Shown: positions 22,106 through 31,001, counted from the first letter of the stretch. The stretch: 61,846 nucleotides of DNA from Proteiniphilum sp. UBA4084 (GCA_002383605.1 DFYK01000043.1:33727-95572), one strand, 5' to 3'. The notes: a model not told the origin generated them from the sequence alone. Made by a program: numbers and translations.

Positions 22106-22179
22106 TGTCTTATGGTGTAATGGTAGCACAACAGATTCTGGGCCTGTTTGTCTAGGTTCGAATCCTAGTAAGACAACCA
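22106..22179 (+). tRNA. tRNA-Gln (anticodon CTG)
   Basis: Acceptor stem TGTCTTA/TAAGACA; D arm GTGTAATGGTAGCAC; anticodon arm ACAGA-TTCTGGG-CCTGT; T arm CTAGG-TTCGAAT-CCTAG; encoded CCA. Confidence 0.95.
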
Positions 22180-22216
22180 ATTTACTCTAAATCAATAACT
22201 TGCACAACACAAAAGG

Positions 22217-22253
22217 ATGTCGGACTGATTTATCATTGGTCCGACATTTTTTT
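22217..22253 (+). terminator. Rho-independent terminator after tRNA-Gln (possibly bidirectional)
   Basis: Stem ATGTCGGAC...GTCCGACAT followed by a T run; A run upstream. Confidence 0.75.
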
Positions 22254-22292
22254 GTATAAAAAAGAACAACATTCAATTACAGAAACTTATGC

Positions 22293-23060
22293 TTAACAGG
22301 AGATCAGCTTTAAGAACGACTCGAGGAGCCCTTCACTAATGCCTATCCCCACAAGAAGGGCAATACTGAAACTCAATAGCGTACCTATTAACACGTATTC
22401 GGTTTTCCCTGTTTTACTTTCATTATATCGTAATACTGATTTGGCCGTGATAATAAATCCGATAGCGGTGTATTGCTGCAACATCACTAAAACCATGGCC
22501 ATGATACGTTCAATGGTTCCAATCCACCTACCGGCTCTATTCAGATCGTTCATATTTTCCACCTGATCATATAAATTCAATGATGACAGGCAGTTTCTTA
22601 TTATTACATTCGCTGGTTTCATGCACACAAGAGTACCTGTCAAAATTAATAATTGGCTAATTGTCAATACGTCCAGATAAGCAGGTATAGAAGGGTTCTT
22701 TATCCAATATATCGCGACAACACCATATATTGTGGCTACATGCAATAGTTGGTCTGTAAAAAAGAGGTAATGATTGGCATAGAATTTATCAATGTCACCC
22801 TTTTTCCTCTTCAGCCATCGTTCGATAAAACTCTTCAAGATATCAATTGTAAAATGAATGATCATAATTGCGACTGCATACAGTATAAATACTACAGCAA
22901 ACGTCATCAGGAACGATGCTACAAACACAATGAGGACATGCACATAAATATGCCAAGAACCGAAACCTTTTTCTTGTTTCCCGCGACAGATTGACTCAGG
23001 TTGAGCAAAAAAATCAGCCATGACATGAGCAATAAACTGGGCTAAGATTATTTTTTCCAT
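22293..23060 (-). CDS. DUF3307 (SatE-like) polytopic membrane protein
   Basis: AHVMADFFAQ, HFTIDILK, DQLLH, AGRWIGTIER, AKSVLRY and EYVLIGTLLS motifs; ATG overlaps the upstream stop (TGATG). Confidence 0.8.
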   Translation of the reverse strand: MEKIILAQFIAHVMADFFAQPESICRGKQEKGFGSWHIYVHVLIVFVASFLMTFAVVFILYAVAIMIIHFTIDILKSFIERWLKRKKGDIDKFYANHYLFFTDQLLHVATIYGVVAIYWIKNPSIPAYLDVLTISQLLILTGTLVCMKPANVIIRNCLSSLNLYDQVENMNDLNRAGRWIGTIERIMAMVLVMLQQYTAIGFIITAKSVLRYNESKTGKTEYVLIGTLLSFSIALLVGIGISEGLLESFLKLISC

Positions 23061-23791
23061 CACATCACTTTTATTTTATCATCTTCAAAGTCAAATGTTG
23101 AAAACAGATAAAGAGCATCCTCAATTGAGCTCCACCCGGCATTTTTAGAGTGTTGGTTCACGGATGACTGGGATACTCCGAATTCGCTTGCAATCTCTTG
23201 CTCGGAATACCCTATAAGCCTCCATAATATAATCTCACTCTGTTTACGAGTCATTTTTGTGAATATCGTATCAAGAAGTGAAAATATGGTCTGGAAAATA
23301 CTGTTTTGATATTCGCTTTCAGAACTAAAAAACAGGGTATTTTTTATCGTTACCCTCTCCTTATTAGATGTCTTTTGTTCGGAAATAAGTCGTCCGGAAA
23401 TAGTAATAGCCTCACCTTTCAAAATATTTTTATCGGCAAGCTGAATATCCATTTCTCCGATACCAATAGCGATGCGTATTCCATATGTCACAAACAGTCT
23501 TCGGTATTTTTGGGCTGTTAAATCTTTTGAATCCGAAGGATCCAAGGTAAATGATTTTATTCCTGACTTCAATGCCAAAGCCACTCTTAACGCATCGTTA
23601 GGATTAAATAAAAGGCACTCTACCAGATCACCAGCAACCAGACGCATCTTAATTTCTCCTTTAGTATTCTCACGCTGATAATTTTCTATTTTTTCAAAAA
23701 GATTATTTATCCGTTGAGTCAGACAATCGAGTTCTCGGGCGGATAAAGATGAAGAGGCAATTATGTCTGCCGATATGGTTGCTCGTTTCAT
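23060..23791 (-). CDS. satD: SatD family protein (nucleotidyl-cyclase-like N-terminus, C-terminal HTH)
   Basis: ISADIIASS, AGD, IRIAIGIG and GEAITISGR motifs; C-terminal TRKQ...EQEIASEFGVSQSSVNQH HTH; paired with DUF3307. Confidence 0.75.
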   Translation of the reverse strand: MKRATISADIIASSSLSARELDCLTQRINNLFEKIENYQRENTKGEIKMRLVAGDLVECLLFNPNDALRVALALKSGIKSFTLDPSDSKDLTAQKYRRLFVTYGIRIAIGIGEMDIQLADKNILKGEAITISGRLISEQKTSNKERVTIKNTLFFSSESEYQNSIFQTIFSLLDTIFTKMTRKQSEIILWRLIGYSEQEIASEFGVSQSSVNQHSKNAGWSSIEDALYLFSTFDFEDDKIKVM

Positions 23792-23809
23792 TTCCTTTTT
23801 TTTTACAAA

Positions 23810-23916
23810 TATAAGTTTTTAAACTTATATTGATATCTTATAAGTGTTAAAACTTATATCCACTGAGTATAAGCTTCAACGCTTATAATTAGCAAATATA
23901 AGTCAATATACTTATA
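23810..23916. repeat. Array of four TATAAG-N8-CTTATA palindromes with a 29-bp period (putative operator array)
   Basis: Copies start at 23810, 23839, 23868 and 23897. Arms are identical; 8-nt cores and 9-nt linkers vary. Confidence 0.92.
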
Positions 23917-23968
23917 TTTATATGAATAGGAGTCGCCATTAATTACTGGTTGATTATTCCACACCGCT

Positions 23969-25228
23969 TTATCTCCATCCAAAAATCACGGGAAAGAAAA
24001 ACGTGACCAAAAGCGTCCATGCTGCATAGAGTGGGAGGTATCTGGCAATGGTCTGCTCAACAATTTTCATTTCATTCGCTTTCCATACAACCTTGAAAAG
24101 ATCGATCGTAATCAGCACGAGATGTGCCAATATCAGGAGATTGGAGCCGAGCACGGCAGTCCGGTTGGGTGTAAATCCGAACTCTCCCACTCTGTAGATG
24201 ATGGCGGAAAGCGCCACCAGATCGATCGTCAGCGTCAGGAGTGATAGTATAAAGAGCGTCCATTCATTGAAACGTTGCTTTTTATGGGTCGTTATGCCTG
24301 CAACCGAAAAAACGACAATTGCCATGACTCCCAGAAGCATCAGATTGAATACAAGCAGAAAATCCCGGTCGTTGTAGGGATCTTTTCCTGTCACAATCAT
24401 AAATATCAGATAGACCAACAGTGTGATCAGCACCAGCGGGCTGAAAATCCGTGCAATAATCGGTGCAAGCTTATCGGCAATTGCAGGGTAGTTTCTGATA
24501 ATATAGGTGGCCACGATGGGTGATGCCACCAACCCGATGATTGCAATATTCTCCATATAGAAGTTCTCGATATGCAGGTCGATCGCAGAAAACAGACCAA
24601 TGGTCACGGCAGTGAGAACCCCTCCCCCAATCAGGATCAGGAGAGTCAGGATGGCGAGATCTCCGTTGTATTTGAGGTAATCTATTCTTTTCGACCGCTC
24701 TTTCAGGTCAAAATCGATAAAGATCACGCCATAGAGACACCATAAAAACAAAGGCAGGTGTATGTAAGTCAAAATAATCGAATCGCTTTTCTCACCTGCC
24801 GGCAACAGGTTGACGTACAAAGCTGATAACACATATACCGAAAGCGATATGATTAAATCTCTAAGGTCGAGACGGCTTTTTGTAAGAAAAACGTAGGTAG
24901 ACAATCCCAGGAAAACAATGATTCCGGCATTTTTCATATAGAAGGCATTTACCTCCGGATCAAAACCAAACCACTGGGGAATTTTGATTAAAAGAGCGGC
25001 CAGCAAACAGGAGACGACCAGATAGAAAATTTCCTTCCTGTCTACCTTCCATTTTGCATCATGTTGGTCGTCGTATGTCAGTCTTGCTTTCCAGAAGTCG
25101 GCCGTTGGAAGAGCGGCAATATCTGGATAGATGGCAAAGAATGATTGCTCAAAACGCTTTTTATCGGACCGGTAGAGTTTTTCAAGTTCACCGGGATGAT
25201 TCAGATTTTCTTTTATTGCTGTTTCCAT
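23969..25228 (-). CDS. Polytopic membrane protein (DUF4153-like)
   Basis: 419 aa with about 11 hydrophobic segments; YRVGEFGFTPNR motif resembles DUF4153. Confidence 0.65.
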   Translation of the reverse strand: METAIKENLNHPGELEKLYRSDKKRFEQSFFAIYPDIAALPTADFWKARLTYDDQHDAKWKVDRKEIFYLVVSCLLAALLIKIPQWFGFDPEVNAFYMKNAGIIVFLGLSTYVFLTKSRLDLRDLIISLSVYVLSALYVNLLPAGEKSDSIILTYIHLPLFLWCLYGVIFIDFDLKERSKRIDYLKYNGDLAILTLLILIGGGVLTAVTIGLFSAIDLHIENFYMENIAIIGLVASPIVATYIIRNYPAIADKLAPIIARIFSPLVLITLLVYLIFMIVTGKDPYNDRDFLLVFNLMLLGVMAIVVFSVAGITTHKKQRFNEWTLFILSLLTLTIDLVALSAIIYRVGEFGFTPNRTAVLGSNLLILAHLVLITIDLFKVVWKANEMKIVEQTIARYLPLYAAWTLLVTFFFPVIFGWR

Positions 25229-25301
25229 ACCATATAAAGAATAATGTGTGATAAATTTGCTGACAGAACTGTGAATAACGTGATCAAGAGCAGGTTTTTA
25301 T

Positions 25302-25595
25302 TTACAGAAGAAGCTTCTCGATCGCGCCGATATGTTTTCTGAATGCCATTTTGCCTTTGGCTGTGGCAGCATAGGATGTGTTTGGTTTACGCTCCAGAAA
25401 TGATTTGCTGAAGGAGACATATTCGCTTTTTTCCAGTGACTTGAGATGACTCGCCAGATTACCGTCGGTGACTCCCAACAGATCCTTCAGCGTATTAAAG
25501 TCCAGCTGATCATTCACCATCAGTGCCGACATAATACCCAACCGGATTCTGTTTTCGAATGCCTTGTCCAAATCTTTTAAAAACTCTTTCACCAC
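25302..25595 (-). CDS. Winged-helix transcriptional regulator (HTH_34/ArsR-like)
   Basis: FENRIRLGIMSAL...FNTLKDLLGVTDGNLASHLKSLE...KPNTSY...T.KG. Confidence 0.9.
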   Translation of the reverse strand: MVKEFLKDLDKAFENRIRLGIMSALMVNDQLDFNTLKDLLGVTDGNLASHLKSLEKSEYVSFSKSFLERKPNTSYAATAKGKMAFRKHIGAIEKLLL

Positions 25596-26207
25596 TTATC
25601 CTTTCCGCTGAATCAGCATACCATAAATCATCTGTATCGCGCCAAAACCCAGCATCCACAGGTAAAGGCTCCGGTCGATAAAGAGGAACGCCACAAGACC
25701 CAGTAGAATCTCTGCGATTCCCAGATACCGGATATGGCTGAATGTGTAATGGCTGCCGTTTATCAGTGCCAGGCCATAAAAGATCAATGTCAACGCAGGA
25801 ACAAAACCCACATATCCTTTGAATAGAAGTATCAGACAAAGGATTCCACCGGTTGTCAATGGAATCAGCAAATTGATCAGGAGTCTTTGTGCCTGATTAT
25901 CCCACACACGCTGATTCTCCCTTCTGCTCTTTCTGCCGGTAAACCAGAGGGCACTGACAACCGATAACAACAGCGTGCCCAATGCAATCAGCAACAAACT
26001 GCTTAGATTTTTCAGGTCGACCGGCACCGCTTCATACACCAGATAATCATGATGTCTGAAAACAAGTTGATGGGCCAGCACGGCTCCAATCAGGGCGATT
26101 AATCCTGTCGACACACCCGAAAGGCCACTGAGGGAGATGAATCGGGCACTGCGACTCATGATCTTTCTGATCTCGCTCAGGTCATTTAAATATTTTTCTT
26201 TTTCCAT
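25596..26207 (-). CDS. Conserved hypothetical membrane protein (partner of the wHTH regulator)
   Basis: DLSEIRKIMSRSARFISLSGLSG, LIFYGLAL and GFGAIQMIYG motifs; about 6 TM segments; ATG at 26207. Confidence 0.8.
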   Translation of the reverse strand: MEKEKYLNDLSEIRKIMSRSARFISLSGLSGVSTGLIALIGAVLAHQLVFRHHDYLVYEAVPVDLKNLSSLLLIALGTLLLSVVSALWFTGRKSRRENQRVWDNQAQRLLINLLIPLTTGGILCLILLFKGYVGFVPALTLIFYGLALINGSHYTFSHIRYLGIAEILLGLVAFLFIDRSLYLWMLGFGAIQMIYGMLIQRKG

Positions 26208-26215
26208 TTGAAAGT

Positions 26216-26232
26216 ACTTTGTAATGCAAAGT
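26216..26232. promoter_or_regulatory. Palindromic operator ACTTTG-N5-CAAAGT
   Basis: Inverted repeat 8 nt upstream of the first start codon of the operon encoding the wHTH regulator. Confidence 0.6.
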
Positions 26233-26465
26233 AATATCAAAAAAAATTAGTTTGCAAGTTTCTACAAAAAAAAATTAAAGAAAAAATTATCGTCGTTGAA
26301 GATCGAAAAAAAATTTCAGTCATACCTTACAGTCTAAATTATATACTTTTTATTCCGTTTTTTATAAAAAATTCCGTTATCTTTAGCCAACGAAAAACCA
26401 TATTTTATTGGTCTTTTGTTCCTTTTTCCTGATCATTATTTTGTAACGTAACCATAAAATAAAGG

Positions 26466-27067
26466 ATGATGAATAAAAGAAAAGCGACTCAAATTGTGAG
26501 AGGACAACATGCGGTAGACGGCGCCGGTGTTCGTTTACGCTGGGATGCCAGCTTTGGGTCAACCTGCCGGCAAAAGAAAAGATGACCGAACCTGCCTATG
26601 GTGATATCACGCATGACAAGATCGTAGTTACGCAGGAAGAAAATGCGGTTGTCAGGATACTGGCGGGATCCTATAAAGGAACAAAAGGTGTCTTCGAAGG
26701 TAAGTATGTGAAGGTTACTTACCTCGATATCGATCTCGCACCCAACAGCATATGGACCTATGCGGAAACCCCAAACAACGAAACACTGTTTATTTATCTG
26801 CTGGACGGAACATTGGCAGTGGATGAACAACTGTCGGATTTTGAAGAGAAATCGTGTGCCGTTTTATTTCATTCCACCAATCCGGATGCAGAGACAAACG
26901 ATGCAGTTGTTGTACGTTCAGGAAATCAGGGTGCCCGTTTCGTATTGTTGGCAGCCAGGCCGCTCCATGAACCCGTAGCCTGGGGTGGACCCATTGTCAT
27001 GAATACCCGTGAAGAACTATTACAGGCTTTCGACGAACTAGATCGTGGCACATTCATTAAAAGCTAG
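26466..27067 (+). pseudogene. Pirin family gene with a large internal deletion and frameshift
   Basis: N-terminal MMNKRK...AVDGAGVRLR joins, in another frame, LGCQLWVNLPAKEKMTEPAY...EPVAWGGPIVMNTREEL. The metal-binding HPHRG region is absent. Confidence 0.85.
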
Positions 27068-27333
27068 TTGACGACCCTGTTTTCATTGTTTCTTCCCTTT
27101 TCATTTACCTGTTCATCGGAGTCGAGAAATTCTTCTTCGTTGTATCTGCTGGCTTCGCTTTGGTGGGGATCAATCTCCAAATCGATATCCATATCTAATT
27201 CGGGGTCCCATTCCAAATCTTCATCCAGGTCCGTGTCCAGATCTTCATCCAGATCTGTGTCTATATCTATATCCAGGTCCGGATCTCTTTCCGTTTCCCG
27301 GTTCTTTTTATCAAAATCTTTCATCGCGTTCAT
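27064..27333 (-). CDS. Small, highly acidic low-complexity protein
   Basis: 89 aa ORF with DPDLDIDIDTDLDEDLDTDLDEDLEWDPELD; imperfect 24-bp tandem repeat at 27217-27264; AT-rich upstream region. Confidence 0.55.
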   Translation of the reverse strand: MNAMKDFDKKNRETERDPDLDIDIDTDLDEDLDTDLDEDLEWDPELDMDIDLEIDPHQSEASRYNEEEFLDSDEQVNEKGRNNENRVVN

Positions 27334-27463
27334 AATCTGATAATTTTACGATGTACCTGATGCATTTCGGGTACATTTTTAAAACCGTAGTAAGAAATAA
27401 AATGTTCTTGGATAGTCCCGAATTGTGTATTTTTTTAACTCTCTCCCTAATTTGTCAATAGTT

Positions 27464-28300
27464 TTAAGATATCCGTGCTTCTGCTGCTTTGATGATCATA
27501 TACGCGTAATTCTGATCATACAGTTTATTCAGCAATCCGTTTGACAACTTCTGTTCATGGTTCTCCACATACCCGGGAGTAAAACCACTTGCAATAGCCG
27601 TCGGATCGATCAGTTTGCTGTCGTAAAAGGTAATACCCAGTTTCCGGGCAATACGCTCACCCACGGCATGTCCGCCACTTCCGTACTGACGGGAAATGGT
27701 AATCACATACCACTGTGCCACCGCACCCACAAGAAGCGCGGCAATCACCGCGTCCCCTCGCGAACGCCTTCCAGTCGACCGTGAAAAATAAGCACTGAGA
27801 ACAGCGCAATAACAACCACAATGGAGTCGATGACTACTTTTACCTTTCCAAAGTTCCAGTTGTAAGTTTCCGAGACGACCAGCAATAGTCCCTCTCCCGG
27901 GAGATACCCCACGTCGGCCTTCAACTCCAGGAAAATTCCAAATGCCATCAGGAAGCAGCTCAGCACCACTGTCAGCAGCTGCCAGATATATTGATCCGGA
28001 ACAAATGAACGGGTAAGAAACAGGTTCAGGTCAATAAAAAGGGCAAACAACCGTAGCAAAGGAAGTTGCGACAGCTGTGCCAGGCCGGTTATATTTCTGA
28101 GGATTATTATCTGAATCAAAACCAGCAGTGCATTCATCAGGATAGTGAATGTACCCGCAGAAACCGAAGGAACAAGTAAGTTTGAGACATATGGAATGGA
28201 AGAAATGGGGCTTGTCCCCAAATCAGACCGTATGGAGAGCGCGACCCCAAGTGCAATCACAAATATCCCCGCCAACAAAAGCAGGATGCGTAAACCAATT
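27464..28300 (-). pseudogene. Degraded YczE/YitT-type (DUF6198-like) membrane protein + cytidylate-kinase-like fusion
   Basis: LGTSPISSIPYV...GVREGT then a +2 frameshift (GGGACG-CG-GTGATT) into VIAALLVG...VITISRQYGSGG. The kinase-like domain is truncated and there is an in-frame stop just upstream of the first TM segment. Confidence 0.8.
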
Positions 28301-28439
28301 TATTCTTTTCTCAATTTATTTCTTCTAAATGATAACCTACACTGCGATGCAACCTTCGGGAAGGTCGTATGATTACCGCCGTTCCTGCAAAAGTAACGAA
28401 AATTCAGCTCATCAGCAATTCACATACCCGGAGGAGTCT

Positions 28440-28638
28440 TTATATTTTTATGAAAATCCTTAACTTATACATGAAATGTAAAATCAGGAAGAGGATGAGG
28501 AAGTTGGGCAATGTGATCGTTGCATCGTAGTAATCGCCTGTATATTTTTCCAGTCCCCACAGCAGAGACATAGCCACGCTCCGGAAGTATATCGAGAGAT
28601 GCCAAACGGTTTTGGAGAACTGGTGTTGATTTTAGCAT
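28440..28638 (-). pseudogene. Remnant of a DUF5009/HGSNAT-like acyltransferase membrane protein
   Basis: N-terminal MLKSTPVLQNRLASLDIL joined out of frame to C-terminal SLLWGLEKYTGDYY...FLILHFMYKLRIFIKI*. The middle of the gene is missing. Confidence 0.7.
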
Positions 28639-28703
28639 GGTGTATGAACATTTATTGATATTTTTTAGGTAATTCGTCAACATTTTTCTGAACAAACTGA
28701 ATA

Positions 28704-31001
28704 TCAGAACGGATAACCGATTGCAAAGTGAAAGGCAAAGTCCCGGCCAAAGTCGGGTTTGAAAATCGTCCATCTCGACCCCTCAGGCAATGCGGGGTTG
28801 TGCGCTTTCATGCCGCCATCGACACGGATAATCAGGAAGTTCAGGTCGAACCGGATACCCAGCCCATAGGAGACAGCCAGCTCTTTGTAGAAATGATTGA
28901 AGGAAAACAATCCGCCCACCTGCTCACTATACTCTTTGATGGTCCATATGTTACCCGCATCCAAAAATGCAGCCATCTCGATCAGTCGCGTGAACTTTCG
29001 CCGATACTCCACACTGAAGTCCAGTTTGATGTCACCCACCCTGTGTCCGAAATCATGACCGGTGGAGTCACGGCTAAAGCTGCCGGGACCCAGTGTTCTC
29101 GTACTCCATCCCCTGACACTGTTGGCGCCGCCGCTGAAATATCTTTTCTCAAACGGCAACACGGTAGAATTGCCGTAAGGATATGCCACACCTACGGCAA
29201 AATGTGCCGCAATGGTGCTCCGGTCGTTGAGTGTAAAAAGAGGAGCGATATCAAAGTCGCCCTTCACATACTCGGCATAAGGTAATCCGAAAAACTCTTC
29301 AATACCTTCATTATTTTGTTTGCCTCCTCCCAAACCGGTCATGAGGCGGGGAAGCCACCCTGCTATTTCAATTCCGGAGCGGATACGAAATGGAACGCTG
29401 GGCATGCTCCCTCTGGAAATACGGTTGTAATTGGTAAAGGTAATGTTATAGGCGCTCCGTACAATTAATTGCTCATCGTAACTGTATCGCAAAATGGGGT
29501 TGGCTTCTTCACTCAGGTATAATTCCTTGAAACGATCGGACGACCAGGGCATTCTCACATAGGTAATACCGACCGGCTCAAACACGTTCAGGAGTTTCCA
29601 TTCCATGGAAGACCATTGAAAACGGCTCGACAGATTGAAAAACTGACGAAGGTATTCGGGTCTCTTTTGAAAATTCATACCGGCTGAAAACTCAGTGGAG
29701 GCAGAAGGCTGGTCTTTCAACTGTTTCATTAGCCAGGGCAGCAGCAATTGTGGAACAGACAGGAATACTTCACCTCCATACTCGTAGTAACTGTTATCCA
29801 GAAAATCGAGGCTGTCGGTAGCCCGGATAAACTCATACGCAGCATTTAACCGCACACGGAAAGTCTCTCCGCCCTTCAGTATGTTGCGGTGTTCGTAGGT
29901 AAAGTTGCTTGCCACGCCCAGGTCACCCGCCGAATTGGTACCATCCACCCCAAACTGCATATAATGTACATTGCCCGGAAAGAGTGTGATCCTTGAATCG
30001 ATGAAGTTGGAGTCGTTGCGAATCACGGGTGTGAGGTTGATGGCTGTCTGGTTTATGGCATCAATTCCATTTAATGAAGAATAGGTTCTTTCCACGATCC
30101 GGTCGGAATAGAGTCGGCCGGGACGAACAAAAGTATTGTAATATACAGCTTGTGGCAACAGGAACCGATCTTTTTCGGAGATTATCTGCAGATCTCGGTA
30201 GTAAACCGTATCGAGCAGATTATGGCGCGTAGAGTCCTCCAGAAGTATGGCATCAACGCCATTGATGACCGTAACATTCCCTATATTGTATTGTTTGTGC
30301 AGCGTGGAGTCTGTGGGATTATTCAGCGCCAGGGTTACGTCGACCTGGTTATTGCCGACAGTCGTATCAGCCAGAAAGTAAAAATTATCTTTCAGAAAAT
30401 TATAATATCCTCTGTTTCTCAGCGTGGTAGTCATGCGCTCTCTCCCCAGTTCCAAAACCGATAAATCGAAGATATCCCCTGCTTTGATGATGTCCAGTCT
30501 TTTGGATTCGTTCAGAATATTGTGGATGGTGGTATCGGCAGAGCGAATGGTATCCCTGAAGGATCGGATCCGATGGGGTTCATTTCCGGTCACATCGAAG
30601 GTAAGGTTGGCTTTTTTTTCTTTTTTCTCCACGGTCGTGTCCACCTCCGCATTCAGATAACCTTTGTTGTTCAGGTGCAGCCTGATCTGTTCTGCAGAGA
30701 TAACCGCCAACTGTTCGTTATACAACACGGGAGGCTCACCATATTTGAGCAGTTGCCTGTTCATCCAGGTAGAATCGTTATTGGGAATGTTGTACATATG
30801 CAACTTCCACTTTCCCACCACAGCTATGGAAGAATTGGATCTTTGTCTGAGGTATGATTTCAACTCCGACGATCCTATTCCTTTAACATCGGAGTTGATG
30901 TCGACCTTGTTAAGCAGATAACTCCCTTCGGGTACCTTTTTCGTTACATCGCATGCTGCAAATAAAAGCAGGGAGAGTATGACAAACAGATACTTTTTCA
31001 T
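28704..31001 (-). CDS. tamL: Omp85/TamA-family outer membrane lipoprotein (TamL-like)
   Basis: Lipobox LFAAC; POTRA region (GEPPV...KGY); YFSGGANSVRGW; FLDAGNIW; C-terminal FHFAIGYPF. Confidence 0.85.
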   Translation of the reverse strand: MKKYLFVILSLLLFAACDVTKKVPEGSYLLNKVDINSDVKGIGSSELKSYLRQRSNSSIAVVGKWKLHMYNIPNNDSTWMNRQLLKYGEPPVLYNEQLAVISAEQIRLHLNNKGYLNAEVDTTVEKKEKKANLTFDVTGNEPHRIRSFRDTIRSADTTIHNILNESKRLDIIKAGDIFDLSVLELGRERMTTTLRNRGYYNFLKDNFYFLADTTVGNNQVDVTLALNNPTDSTLHKQYNIGNVTVINGVDAILLEDSTRHNLLDTVYYRDLQIISEKDRFLLPQAVYYNTFVRPGRLYSDRIVERTYSSLNGIDAINQTAINLTPVIRNDSNFIDSRITLFPGNVHYMQFGVDGTNSAGDLGVASNFTYEHRNILKGGETFRVRLNAAYEFIRATDSLDFLDNSYYEYGGEVFLSVPQLLLPWLMKQLKDQPSASTEFSAGMNFQKRPEYLRQFFNLSSRFQWSSMEWKLLNVFEPVGITYVRMPWSSDRFKELYLSEEANPILRYSYDEQLIVRSAYNITFTNYNRISRGSMPSVPFRIRSGIEIAGWLPRLMTGLGGGKQNNEGIEEFFGLPYAEYVKGDFDIAPLFTLNDRSTIAAHFAVGVAYPYGNSTVLPFEKRYFSGGANSVRGWSTRTLGPGSFSRDSTGHDFGHRVGDIKLDFSVEYRRKFTRLIEMAAFLDAGNIWTIKEYSEQVGGLFSFNHFYKELAVSYGLGIRFDLNFLIIRVDGGMKAHNPALPEGSRWTIFKPDFGRDFAFHFAIGYPF

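Noticed and set aside
23810-23916. Palindrome array as a mini-CRISPR
   Set aside because: Variable segments are only 8-9 nt, there is no 23-47 nt constant repeat, and no cas genes are present.
22150-28700. Integrative element at tRNA-Gln
   Set aside because: I found no integrase or transposase and no duplicated tRNA 3' end (att) by eye. At most this is a decayed islet.
28465-28773. 102-aa minus-strand ORF as a real gene
   Set aside because: It is a composite of the tamL 3' overlap, intergenic sequence and the frameshifted DUF5009-like remnant.
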